A stretch of 64,000 bases of DNA. Source: Anaerolineae bacterium. GTDB taxonomy: Bacteria; Chloroflexota; Anaerolineae; B4-G1; SLSP01. The stretch covers positions 17,845-81,844 of the forward strand of contig DAOTVC010000079.1 in NCBI GenBank assembly GCA_034437215.1. The letters are read 5' to 3'. Shown here piece after piece: positions 30,925-39,452 of this stretch. Position 1 is the first letter of the stretch. Each line of letters begins with the position of its first letter. The position numbers were made by a program, and so were the translations under genes. The notes below the pieces were generated by a model that saw nothing but the letters and a program-made list of their open reading frames with translations, was not told where the DNA came from and did not search any database.

Positions 30925-32877
30925 TCAGCGCTCGAGGTCGAAGGCCTCGATGTTCCACATCTCGGAGGTCTCCGTTGCGTCCATCTCGAAGCCCAGGACG
31001 TTGATCCTCGTGGCCGCCGTCTTGAGCCGCAGGAAGAGCGGCAGTGCGGGCAGCTGCTCGGAGAAGATGCGTTGGGCTTCCAAATGGCGCTGCACGTAGG
31101 ACTCCATACCGGGCAGCGCCTGCAGGGCCGCCGTGCAGATCACGTCGTAGGTCTCGTTGCTGAATCCGGAGAAGTTGGAGCTGGACCAGTCGTTATCCTC
31201 GTCGGGTATCTCGCTCGTGAGATAGAGATCGCAGGGTGGCGGCGTGACGCTCGAGGACCAGGCAAAGGAGGCCACGTCAAAGGCGCGGCCGTAGAGGGGG
31301 CCTTCAGGCCCTTGCGCGAAGAACTCCAGAGAGGGCAGGCTCTGAGGGAAGACCTGGATGCCGCACTCCGCCAGATCCTCCTGGAAGATCTCCATGTAAC
31401 GGACGTGGAGATCTTGGTTGGTCGACTGCCAGGTGAATTCCAGCGGGGTGTTCTCCCGGATACCCTCGACACCGTGGGCCTCGCGTATCCCGTCGCCGTC
31501 CTCGTCCGTCCAGCCCAGCTCCTCCAGCAGGGTCATGCCCGCATCCGGGTCATGTCTGTAACGTCGGACGAGCTCCGCGTCGAAGAGGGGGTGTCCCGGC
31601 GGGAGGTAGCTGTCTAGCACTTGGGAGCGCCCGTAGAGGAGCTGCTCGACTGCTCCCACCCGGTCCAGGCAGTAGGCCACCGCCCGACGCATGCGGACGT
31701 CCCCAAAGAAGTCGGGCCGGTTGTAAGAGCGCGCGGTATTGATGCCGAAGTCCAGATGCTCCCAGAGGGTGTCGGTGGCGAACTCGGCGTGGAGCACACC
31801 GTGCTCGTCGAGCTCAATCAGCAGATCGGTCTGGCTGTCCAACCCCCCGTCCTGGGTGACGATATCGCACTCGCCGGCGAGCAGCTGCGTGAGGGCGACG
31901 TTCGGATCGGCGACGAAGCGGTAGATAACGGCGTCCAGCTTGGGCAAGTCCTCGTCCGAGCGGAAGTAGAGGGGATTGCGCACCACAGTGATGTGATCCC
32001 CGGCGATCCACTCCTTGATGGTGAAGGGGCCCCAGCCCAGGGGCCTGCGGGTGGACTCCTCCGCTGTGACCAAATCCCCCGCTGTGTAGCCCAGCTCCTC
32101 CTCCCAGAGGTGGCGCGGTAAGGGGTGGAAGAAGTTGAGTGCGTAGTTGTGATCCAGATACCCGGGAAGGCCCATCCAGAGGGTGCTCTGCTCATCCAGC
32201 GCCTCGTAGGACGCCGTACGCAGTGTCGTGTACTTGGCAGCCGGGGTGTCGGGATGGCTGTGCATCTCGAAGCCGTAGACGGAATCATCGGCGGTGACAG
32301 GCTCTCCATCGGACCAGCGGATTCCCTCCAGCAGGGTGAAGGTCACCTCCATCTGGTCCATCTCGACAGGTTCACCGGTGAACTCGATGGCGCACTCCGG
32401 TGAGTGGCAGCCGGTGGGGCGGAGGATGACACCCTCGGTGAGTTCCACAGGATTGTTGTTGGCATCGACGATCTCGTCTCCCTCCTGGACGATTACCGTA
32501 TCGACGATAGCGTCCCCGTCGGGAAGGCTCGGCAACTTCTCCAGGATGATGGGCTGGTAGTCGTAACCCCGGTGGTCGATGGGGCCATCATAGATGGCCT
32601 CTTGGATGTGACGGGCTGCCCTATCAGGAGTGCCCAACCAGAAGAGGGTTCGAGGTTCTTCACCCTGGCAGACCACAAGGGTCTTGGGGCCGGCCGGGGT
32701 CGGCCTCGGCGTAGGCTCTGTGGGGGTCGTAGGGGACGTCTCGGGTTCAGCCGTCGCGGTAGGAGGAGGGGAGGTGAGCGGAGGGGCAGTGGGCGGGGGG
32801 GCACAGGCGGCACTGGCCAACAGGCACAGGAACAGGAACAGGATAAGAGCGAGCGCCAATTTTCTTCTTAATACCAT
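30925..32877 (-). CDS. Second peptide ABC transporter substrate-binding lipoprotein (family 5)
   Basis: Lipobox LASAC, Pro/Thr linker, WSDGEPVTADD, GWGPF, WEHLDF, DVRMRRA. Confidence 0.92.
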   Translation of the reverse strand: MVLRRKLALALILFLFLCLLASAACAPPPTAPPLTSPPPTATAEPETSPTTPTEPTPRPTPAGPKTLVVCQGEEPRTLFWLGTPDRAARHIQEAIYDGPIDHRGYDYQPIILEKLPSLPDGDAIVDTVIVQEGDEIVDANNNPVELTEGVILRPTGCHSPECAIEFTGEPVEMDQMEVTFTLLEGIRWSDGEPVTADDSVYGFEMHSHPDTPAAKYTTLRTASYEALDEQSTLWMGLPGYLDHNYALNFFHPLPRHLWEEELGYTAGDLVTAEESTRRPLGWGPFTIKEWIAGDHITVVRNPLYFRSDEDLPKLDAVIYRFVADPNVALTQLLAGECDIVTQDGGLDSQTDLLIELDEHGVLHAEFATDTLWEHLDFGINTARSYNRPDFFGDVRMRRAVAYCLDRVGAVEQLLYGRSQVLDSYLPPGHPLFDAELVRRYRHDPDAGMTLLEELGWTDEDGDGIREAHGVEGIRENTPLEFTWQSTNQDLHVRYMEIFQEDLAECGIQVFPQSLPSLEFFAQGPEGPLYGRAFDVASFAWSSSVTPPPCDLYLTSEIPDEDNDWSSSNFSGFSNETYDVICTAALQALPGMESYVQRHLEAQRIFSEQLPALPLFLRLKTAATRINVLGFEMDATETSEMWNIEAFDLER

Positions 32878-33000
32878 CACTATTCTCTCCACTTCCGTTG
32901 ATGAAGGTTCAGTGCTCTCACCTCCCGAGCTTTCAACGTCACCACAGACGGGGAACGGTGGTTTCACCTGCGAGGTGGGTGAGAGGTTACAACGACGTGT

Positions 33001-33028
33001 ATTGTACGAAGAGGCAGAGGAAAGTCAA
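33001..33028 (-). promoter_or_regulatory. sigmaA-type promoter of the second binding-protein gene
   Basis: TTGACT-N16-TACAAT. Confidence 0.65.
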
Positions 33029-33152
33029 ATGAACTGTGAGTAGGGCACTGCATCGAGTAGGCGATCAAGCAGCAGGGCTGAGGAGCCGGCCCCTCTCCTC
33101 AGCCGGAGCAGCGATAGAATGTGCTTCCTCTGTCGGAGGATGCAGGCTCAGC

Positions 33153-33449
33153 TCAGGCTGTGATCAGCCGCATGGCGAGGATCTGCTGCGGCAGAGGGTT
33201 GATCTGGGGCAGGAGTTCCATCTGCCAGGAGAACTCCTGTTGGCCCTGAACACTGATCGCCCACGAAGCCAAGCGCGGCAGATGGAGAGCCCAGAGCCGT
33301 TCGTAGACCTTCTTCAGCGGAGACGGCGAGGACTCCAACTCTGCAACGATGCGCGGGAAGAGCTCCTCAGAGGACGTGGCGTCCCTGTAGGGCTCCAAGG
33401 CCTCCTGGAAAAGCGTATCTAGCTCGAAATCATTCTTATGTAAACTCAT
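33153..33449 (-). CDS. Small protein, putative soluble anti-sigma factor
   Basis: 14-nt overlap with ECF sigma 3' end; DFELDTLFQEAL...SSEELFPRI N-terminal helix pattern. Confidence 0.65.
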   Translation of the reverse strand: MSLHKNDFELDTLFQEALEPYRDATSSEELFPRIVAELESSPSPLKKVYERLWALHLPRLASWAISVQGQQEFSWQMELLPQINPLPQQILAMRLITA

Positions 33450-34011
33450 AGCTCATCTCGGGAACCGGGCGTTGCCGCTGCGTCAACGCCTTCCGTAAGC
33501 GCTCGCGCGCATAGTAGAGGCGTGACTTCACGGTGCCCACGGGCAGCTCCAATATGCGTCCGATCTCTTCCATCGGGAGATTTTCGAGATAGAAGAGGAC
33601 GACGACAGAACGGTGGGCAGGGGGTAGGGTGTCGATGACCTCGCGGACGAGGCGGGCCGTCTCGCGCTCCTCCGTCTTGCGATCCGGGGAGGTAAAGGGG
33701 GTCGGCAGGCCCGCAAGCCACTCCAGCACATCGTCGACGGGCTGGGTCCAGCGGCGCTGAGAGGACCAATCGTAGGCCAGGTTGAGCGTGACCCGATAGA
33801 GCCAGGGCTTCAGAGGACGCTCGCCGTCGATCGTGGCCGCGTAGGTATTGAGCCGCACGAAACACTCTTGCAGGATGTCCTCGGCGGCGTGTACGTTTCG
33901 CGTGATGGCGAGAGCGGTGCGGTACACTAAGTCCTTATACTGGGTGTAAAGCTCACCAAGAGCCTCCAGATCACCATTCTGGAGCCGCTTAACCAGTAGA
34001 CTGTCCTCCAT
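33436..34011 (-). CDS. ECF (sigma-70 group 4) RNA polymerase sigma factor
   Basis: AAEDILQE.F, WLYRVTLN, VVVLFY, EIGRILELPVGTVKSRLYYAR. Confidence 0.94.
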   Translation of the reverse strand: MEDSLLVKRLQNGDLEALGELYTQYKDLVYRTALAITRNVHAAEDILQECFVRLNTYAATIDGERPLKPWLYRVTLNLAYDWSSQRRWTQPVDDVLEWLAGLPTPFTSPDRKTEERETARLVREVIDTLPPAHRSVVVLFYLENLPMEEIGRILELPVGTVKSRLYYARERLRKALTQRQRPVPEMSYEFT

Positions 34012-34110
34012 AGTTTCATCTTCCTTCCACCTGCGAGCAGACAAGGGCCTAAGGCGTTCCTCGGGGCGGGGCAGGTAGAGGACGCGCAGGCGCCGGACCG
34101 CTCTAACAAT

Positions 34111-34139
34111 AGATACTATTCTACCCGTCGTAAGGTTCA
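34111..34139 (-). promoter_or_regulatory. Putative autoregulatory ECF promoter, overlapping a sigmaA promoter (TTGACG-N17-TAGAAT)
   Basis: TGAACC-N17-GTATCT about 100 nt upstream of the sigma start; -35 lies in the last trmD codons. Confidence 0.6.
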
Positions 34140-34894
34140 TCGTCAAGATTACTTTGTTCCAGAAGCGCCCGTTCGGCCTCTGTCAGTGTCGCTCCATCCA
34201 GCAGGTCTGGGCGACGCTGCCGGGTGCGTTGGAGGGCTTGCCGGCGCTTCCACCGGGCGATGGCGGCGTGATTCCCCGAGCGGAGGACCTCCGGAACCTC
34301 CCAGTCCCGAAAGCCGGCGGGTCGCGTGTATTGGGGCCCCTCGAGCAGGCCCCGCGCGTGAGAGTCTTGACGGGCACTCTCCTCGTCGCCCAACACGCCG
34401 GGCAGCCAGCGGACCACGGCATCGATGACCACCATCGCCGCCAGCTCCCCTCCTGTGAGGACGTAGTCCCCGATGGAGATCTCGTCGGTGACCAGGTGCT
34501 CGCGAATGCGCTCGTCGAAGCCCTCGTAGTGACCGCAGATCAGAATCAGCCGGGGATGGCTACCGATTGCCCGTACCCCCTCTTGATCCAGAGGGCGACC
34601 TTGAGGACTGAGGAGGATGATGGGCGTGGACGCAGCCGGCGACAGCCTCTCAACAGCTCGGAAGACCGGCTCCGGCTTCATCACCATGCCCACACCCCCT
34701 CCATAGGGCACGTCGTCGGTCATCTGGTGGCGGTCAAAGGCGTAATCACGCAGCTGGTGGAGGTAGATGGTGACCAGGCCACGCTGCTGAGCCCGCCCCA
34801 GGATGCTCTCCTGAAGTGGGCTCAGAAACATTTCGGGGAACAGGGTCACGACATCAAAACGCATTATTTCTATCTTAGCTCCTCGGCGCCCCAT
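34121..34894 (-). CDS. trmD: tRNA (guanine-N1)-methyltransferase TrmD
   Basis: [48 protein letters not shown]. Confidence 0.98.
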   Translation of the reverse strand: MGRRGAKIEIMRFDVVTLFPEMFLSPLQESILGRAQQRGLVTIYLHQLRDYAFDRHQMTDDVPYGGGVGMVMKPEPVFRAVERLSPAASTPIILLSPQGRPLDQEGVRAIGSHPRLILICGHYEGFDERIREHLVTDEISIGDYVLTGGELAAMVVIDAVVRWLPGVLGDEESARQDSHARGLLEGPQYTRPAGFRDWEVPEVLRSGNHAAIARWKRRQALQRTRQRRPDLLDGATLTEAERALLEQSNLDDEPYDG

Positions 34895-34933
34895 CGCAAG
34901 GGATGAATGGCACCTTTCTGGGCGTACGATCTC

Positions 34934-36271
34934 TTATTCGGCAGCGCGCTGCCAGAGGGCAGCGGCCAGCTCCTGAGAGCGTGCCGTGATCTCCTCCTCA
35001 TCCAGCGTCAGAAGGCGTCGGTCGCGCATCAGCACCCGTCCCGCGCTGATCGTCGTCGTGATCATCGAGGCCTCGTAGCCGAAGATAAGGTGCCAGGGTA
35101 GATTCCCTACGGTCAGTGGGGTGGTGGGGTGGTAGTCGACGAGGATGATGTCGGCCGTGGCGCCCGGTGTGAGGTGTGCCAAGGTCTGGTCGGGCCAGAA
35201 GATGCGGGCGAGGTGGGCGTTGGCGGCGAAGGCCAGCCGGAAGACCCGGTCGGCAGGCATGGTCTGCGGGTCCCTCTGCACGAGCTTGTGGGCCAGATAG
35301 GTCATCTTCATTTCGGCGAACATGTTGTTGCTGAAACCGTCGTTCCCCAGCGCTACCCGTACGTTCCGCTGCAGCATGGCCTCCACGGGGGTAATGCCGA
35401 CGGCGTTGTTCATGTTGGAGCGCGGCTGATGGGTGATCCAGCTCTCCGTCTCCGCCAACACCTCCATCTCGCTCCCATCCACGTGAACGGCGTGGGCGAC
35501 GATGCTCCGGGGGCCCAGAATGCCGGCCTCGTGCAGGCGGTGGATGACCCGTTTCCCCGACTTCTCCAGGCTGTCCTCGACGTCCTCCTGCCCCTCCGCT
35601 GCGTGGATGTGGAAGCCCGTGTCGAAGGGCGCGGCCGCGGCGACGGCTGCCTCGAGGGTCTCGGCGCTGAGGGTGAGGGAGGCGTGGAGGCCAAAAGAGG
35701 CCGCCAGTTGCGGGTGAGGTGCCTCTTGCATCCGCTGCAGAAAGCGCACGTTCTCCTCGATGCCGGCCTGGGCGCGCTCCTCTCCGTCCCTGTCCGTGAC
35801 CTCGTAGCAGAGGGAGGCCCGCAGACCGGCGTTGACGACCTCTTCCGCGATGACGTCCAGCGAGCCCTCGATGGCGTGGGGGCTGGCGTGGTGATCGATC
35901 AGCGTCGTGGTTCCGTGGCGGATGGCGTCGGCCAGACAGACCTTCGTGGAGTAGCGCACGTCCTCCAGGGTGAGGCTCTTGTCCAGCCGCCACCAGAGCC
36001 GTTCGAGGATCTCGCCAAAGCGGGTTGCCGGAGGGCCGGGGTAGCCCCAGCCGCGAGCAAAGGCCCCGTAGAAGTGAGTGTGACCACAGAGGGTGGCGGG
36101 CAGTACCAGCTGTCCCCTTGCGTCCAGGCGCTCTTCGTCAGGATACGCCGTCGTCAGGGCCACCGTCGTCCCGACTTTCACAATCTTGCCATCTCGGATG
36201 AGAAGGGCGCCCTCTTCGATCAGTTGAGCATCGTCCCCCAGTGTGGCGATGCGAGCGTGGGTGATTAACAT
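34934..36271 (-). CDS. ssnA: Putative aminohydrolase SsnA (amidohydrolase superfamily)
   Basis: HTHFYG.FARG, LWWRLD, GTTTLIDHHASP, CYEVTDRDG, GLHAS, HIHAAEG, PRSNMNNAVG. Confidence 0.85.
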   Translation of the reverse strand: MLITHARIATLGDDAQLIEEGALLIRDGKIVKVGTTVALTTAYPDEERLDARGQLVLPATLCGHTHFYGAFARGWGYPGPPATRFGEILERLWWRLDKSLTLEDVRYSTKVCLADAIRHGTTTLIDHHASPHAIEGSLDVIAEEVVNAGLRASLCYEVTDRDGEERAQAGIEENVRFLQRMQEAPHPQLAASFGLHASLTLSAETLEAAVAAAAPFDTGFHIHAAEGQEDVEDSLEKSGKRVIHRLHEAGILGPRSIVAHAVHVDGSEMEVLAETESWITHQPRSNMNNAVGITPVEAMLQRNVRVALGNDGFSNNMFAEMKMTYLAHKLVQRDPQTMPADRVFRLAFAANAHLARIFWPDQTLAHLTPGATADIILVDYHPTTPLTVGNLPWHLIFGYEASMITTTISAGRVLMRDRRLLTLDEEEITARSQELAAALWQRAAE

Positions 36272-36283
36272 GGTAACCTCCAG

Positions 36284-37129
36284 TTATCGGGTAGGGGAGC
36301 CGAAGCGCACCTCTTCGACGTAGGCCTGCACTTCGGCGCCGGTAAGCAGAATACGATAGCTCCAATAAGCCCAGACGATGGGCACCACCAATCCCCAGAG
36401 TGAGCCGTAGACGATGGGATAGCTGAGCACACCCGCCGTAAGCGCCCAGGCGAAAGCCTCCCGGCTGATAACCCAGATCAGGCTGACGCTCAGGGAAATG
36501 CCCACCGCCCATCGCCCATCCACGGGACGGGCGGGAAAGAAGCGATAGAGGGCCAGAGAGAGCAGTACGATGGAGAGAAAAGAGAGCCCGCGCTCCGTCC
36601 ATTTGGGGTAGGTGATCTCTGTAAAGATGGGCAGCCACGCCGGCAGCAATTTCCACATGGTGCGCGCGACGAAGGTGAAGAGCACCCACATGGTGAGGCT
36701 GAGCAGCGAGAGAATGCCGATGAGGCGGCGTTTCCAAAAGCCGCGTGCGTGGGGCTGCCCCCACACGACGTTGATGGCGTGCTCTAGTGCGGTGAACATC
36801 CCCGAGCAGGACCAGAGCGCCCAGAGCCCCGAGACTACTCCCAACGTGCTTCGTAAATTCAGGAGGCTGTCGATGTTGTTCCGTGTGACCTCCGTCGTTA
36901 CCGGCAGCAGGGACTCCAGCGTGTCCAGGGAAAAAGCACGTACTTCCTGGACGTTCACAAAGAGGCTGCCCACGGAGAGAATAAAGAACAGAATGGGGAC
37001 CGTGGAAAGCAGGGTGAAATAGGCCAGGGCTGCGGAGTGGGTGGCGATCCGGTGGCGACCGCTCCGATTCACAATCTGCCACACGAAATGAATGACGGGT
37101 TTCTTCGCAAGATTTCCGAAGGGGGTCAT
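36284..37129 (-). CDS. YihY/BrkB family membrane protein
   Basis: SAALAYFTLLS.VP, LE.AIN.VW, YGSL, W.YWS..ILL.GAE. Confidence 0.9.
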   Translation of the reverse strand: MTPFGNLAKKPVIHFVWQIVNRSGRHRIATHSAALAYFTLLSTVPILFFILSVGSLFVNVQEVRAFSLDTLESLLPVTTEVTRNNIDSLLNLRSTLGVVSGLWALWSCSGMFTALEHAINVVWGQPHARGFWKRRLIGILSLLSLTMWVLFTFVARTMWKLLPAWLPIFTEITYPKWTERGLSFLSIVLLSLALYRFFPARPVDGRWAVGISLSVSLIWVISREAFAWALTAGVLSYPIVYGSLWGLVVPIVWAYWSYRILLTGAEVQAYVEEVRFGSPTR

Positions 37130-38064
37130 CGTGGTTTCTCCCGGACGAAACGGGGGTCGCGGGCCAGAACGCGCTGCAGACCCTCTTGGAGGGCTACTTT
37201 GGGCTGGTAGCCCAGATATCTCTTGGCATGGGTCAGGTCAGCGCACAGCCGGCTTACGCCGCCGGTCTCGACGGGGCTGTAGATGACGTTGCTATCAGAG
37301 CCGGCAATCTTCAAGACAATGCGGGCCAGCTGGTTGATGGAGGTCTCGACGCCGCTGCCGATGTTGAAGGTGTCGCCGCTGACGTTCTCCACCAGCCCCG
37401 CCGCCAGAAGGGCGGAGACCACATCGTCGATGTAGACGAAGTCCCGGGTCTGTGTCCCGTCACCAAAGACGACCAGCGAGCCGCCGCCCGTAGCCTGCTG
37501 TAGCATCTGCGGAACCACGGGGGCGTGAGAGGGGGGGAGGGGCTGGTGTGGACCGTAGGCGTTGAAGATGCGCAGGGCAACCGTTTCGATCTCCCACAGG
37601 GCGCCGATGGTGTGGAGGTAGTACTCGGCGGCGAGCTTGCTCACCGCGTAGGGGGAACGAGGGTGAGGGCGGGCCTGCTCGTTGATGGGTTGTTCACGCT
37701 GCTCTCCGTAGAGGGCCCCGGAGGAAGTCAGAATGAGCCGCCGGATCCCCACGTCGCGCGCCGCTTCCAGGAGAGCGACCGTACCCCCCACGTTGACGGC
37801 ATTGTATTCGGCGGGATAGAGGACGGACTCGGCGACGAGCACGCGTGCAGCTAGGTGATAGACGCAGTCCACCCCCTGTAAGAGGGTCCAGAGCTTGGGC
37901 CGGTCCTCGACCCGACCTCGGTGGAAGAGGACCCCCTTCTCCAGGCGTTGCGGATCACCCGCGCTGAGATCGTCGAGCACGAGTACCTCGTGACCTTGAC
38001 GGTAAAGGTTATTTGCCAGGGTGCTGCCGATAAAACCGGCCCCGCCCGTGATAAGTGTGCGCAA
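37126..38064 (-). CDS. NAD-dependent epimerase/dehydratase (UDP-sugar 4-epimerase-like)
   Basis: GGAGFIGS, YHLAA, YAVSK, R.FNAYGP, RDFVYIDD. Confidence 0.92.
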   Translation of the reverse strand: MRTLITGGAGFIGSTLANNLYRQGHEVLVLDDLSAGDPQRLEKGVLFHRGRVEDRPKLWTLLQGVDCVYHLAARVLVAESVLYPAEYNAVNVGGTVALLEAARDVGIRRLILTSSGALYGEQREQPINEQARPHPRSPYAVSKLAAEYYLHTIGALWEIETVALRIFNAYGPHQPLPPSHAPVVPQMLQQATGGGSLVVFGDGTQTRDFVYIDDVVSALLAAGLVENVSGDTFNIGSGVETSINQLARIVLKIAGSDSNVIYSPVETGGVSRLCADLTHAKRYLGYQPKVALQEGLQRVLARDPRFVREKPR

Positions 38065-38181
38065 TTAGGCCTCCAGCATCAATGGGGGTGCTGCGGAAGC
38101 ACCGCTACATGTTTGATCGTTGGTCTGCAACTGCCGGACACTCTGCCGCTGGATTTGAAGGATAGGGATGTCCCCCTCTCC

Positions 38182-39234
38182 TTACCGCTGTCCCAGCCAG
38201 TAGCGCCGCTCCGCCAGGGCGACGAAGCGGGGTCGGAGGAAGGCATAGAGACGGTAGAGGAGGGGGTGAGGCGGGTAGTCGTAGGCCCCGATATGGGGGA
38301 CGAACTCGGCCCCGAATCCTAACTTGAAGCGGTAGACCCCCCACATCGGATCGCTCTCCTGAAGAATGTCCGGTGCTCCCCAGAGATCGTAGGTGGTACA
38401 TCCCAGTGCCTTCGCTCGGCGAATGGCCTCCCACTGCAGCAGGTGGTTCGGCATGAGGCTGCGGTGTACGTCCCGTGACGCCCCATACATGTACCATGCG
38501 CGTTCGCCGAAATGGAGCAGGATGAGCATGGCCACCATCTCCCCCTCCACCTCCGCCACAAAGGAATCGCCCAGGCCCGCGTCCATGAACTCCAACCAGG
38601 CGTCGAGGTAGTATTTCTCCTCGCGGATGATAAACTCGTCCCGCTCAGCCGTCTCCTGGTAGATGGCGTAGACCTCCGGCAGCTCGTCGCGCCCTGCCTG
38701 CCGGACCTCCACCCCCCGACGTTTGGCGAGGCGGATGTTGTAGCGCCATTTCGATTTCATCTCCGCCAGGATCTCATCCAGGGACGGTCGCAGATCGAGG
38801 AACATGGTGTTGCGGAACTGAATCTGCTCGAAGGAGGGGCGCCAACCACGTCGTTTGAGGATCTTTTGGATGCGCTGTCCCTCGACCGTGTCGGCTCGCA
38901 CGTCAGGGTCGATCTTCAACATCAGCAGCGACTCCTGCCGGGCCACCTGCTCCAGTCCCTCCAGCGCGGACTCGACGAGCAGGGGCTTCGTCCAGTCGAC
39001 CAGCGGCCCCTTGGGTACGTAACCCACGCTGAAGCGACCTCGCTCCTGGGTCAGGACCTGCGCCGCGATTCGAGGGTCAGTCTTCTCCTCCTTCCACAGG
39101 AAGTGCAGCGCACGCCAACCATAGCGCTCCTTGAACGCGCCCCAGGTCCACGTCTGTAGAATGTGGGGCGTGGGAAGTGACAGGAGGGTGCTGTCCCACT
39201 CCGTTGCACTATCGATCTTATATCTCATCTTCAC
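38182..39234 (-). CDS. FemABX family lipid II aminoacyltransferase
   Basis: HILQTWTWG..K, YVPKGP, KWRYNIRLA, YMYGAS, YDLWG, RFKLGFG. Confidence 0.88.
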   Translation of the reverse strand: MKMRYKIDSATEWDSTLLSLPTPHILQTWTWGAFKERYGWRALHFLWKEEKTDPRIAAQVLTQERGRFSVGYVPKGPLVDWTKPLLVESALEGLEQVARQESLLMLKIDPDVRADTVEGQRIQKILKRRGWRPSFEQIQFRNTMFLDLRPSLDEILAEMKSKWRYNIRLAKRRGVEVRQAGRDELPEVYAIYQETAERDEFIIREEKYYLDAWLEFMDAGLGDSFVAEVEGEMVAMLILLHFGERAWYMYGASRDVHRSLMPNHLLQWEAIRRAKALGCTTYDLWGAPDILQESDPMWGVYRFKLGFGAEFVPHIGAYDYPPHPLLYRLYAFLRPRFVALAERRYWLGQR

Positions 39235-39452
39235 ACTAACATTTTAACATAGCTCAACAAATTGACACGATGTTGTGGAGGGAGAGGTGCGGCAGCAGGT
39301 CTGCGGGCGGTTCTGTGGCGGTCCTTCACCCGGTCGGGTGCTAGTGTGAGGAGAGCTCAGAGTCAGCGCCACACTTGCTCCACACCGGTTTCACGATATG
39401 ATGGTATGGATTGAGTGATGAACGGACACGCATCGTTGTGAAGGAAGGTTAA

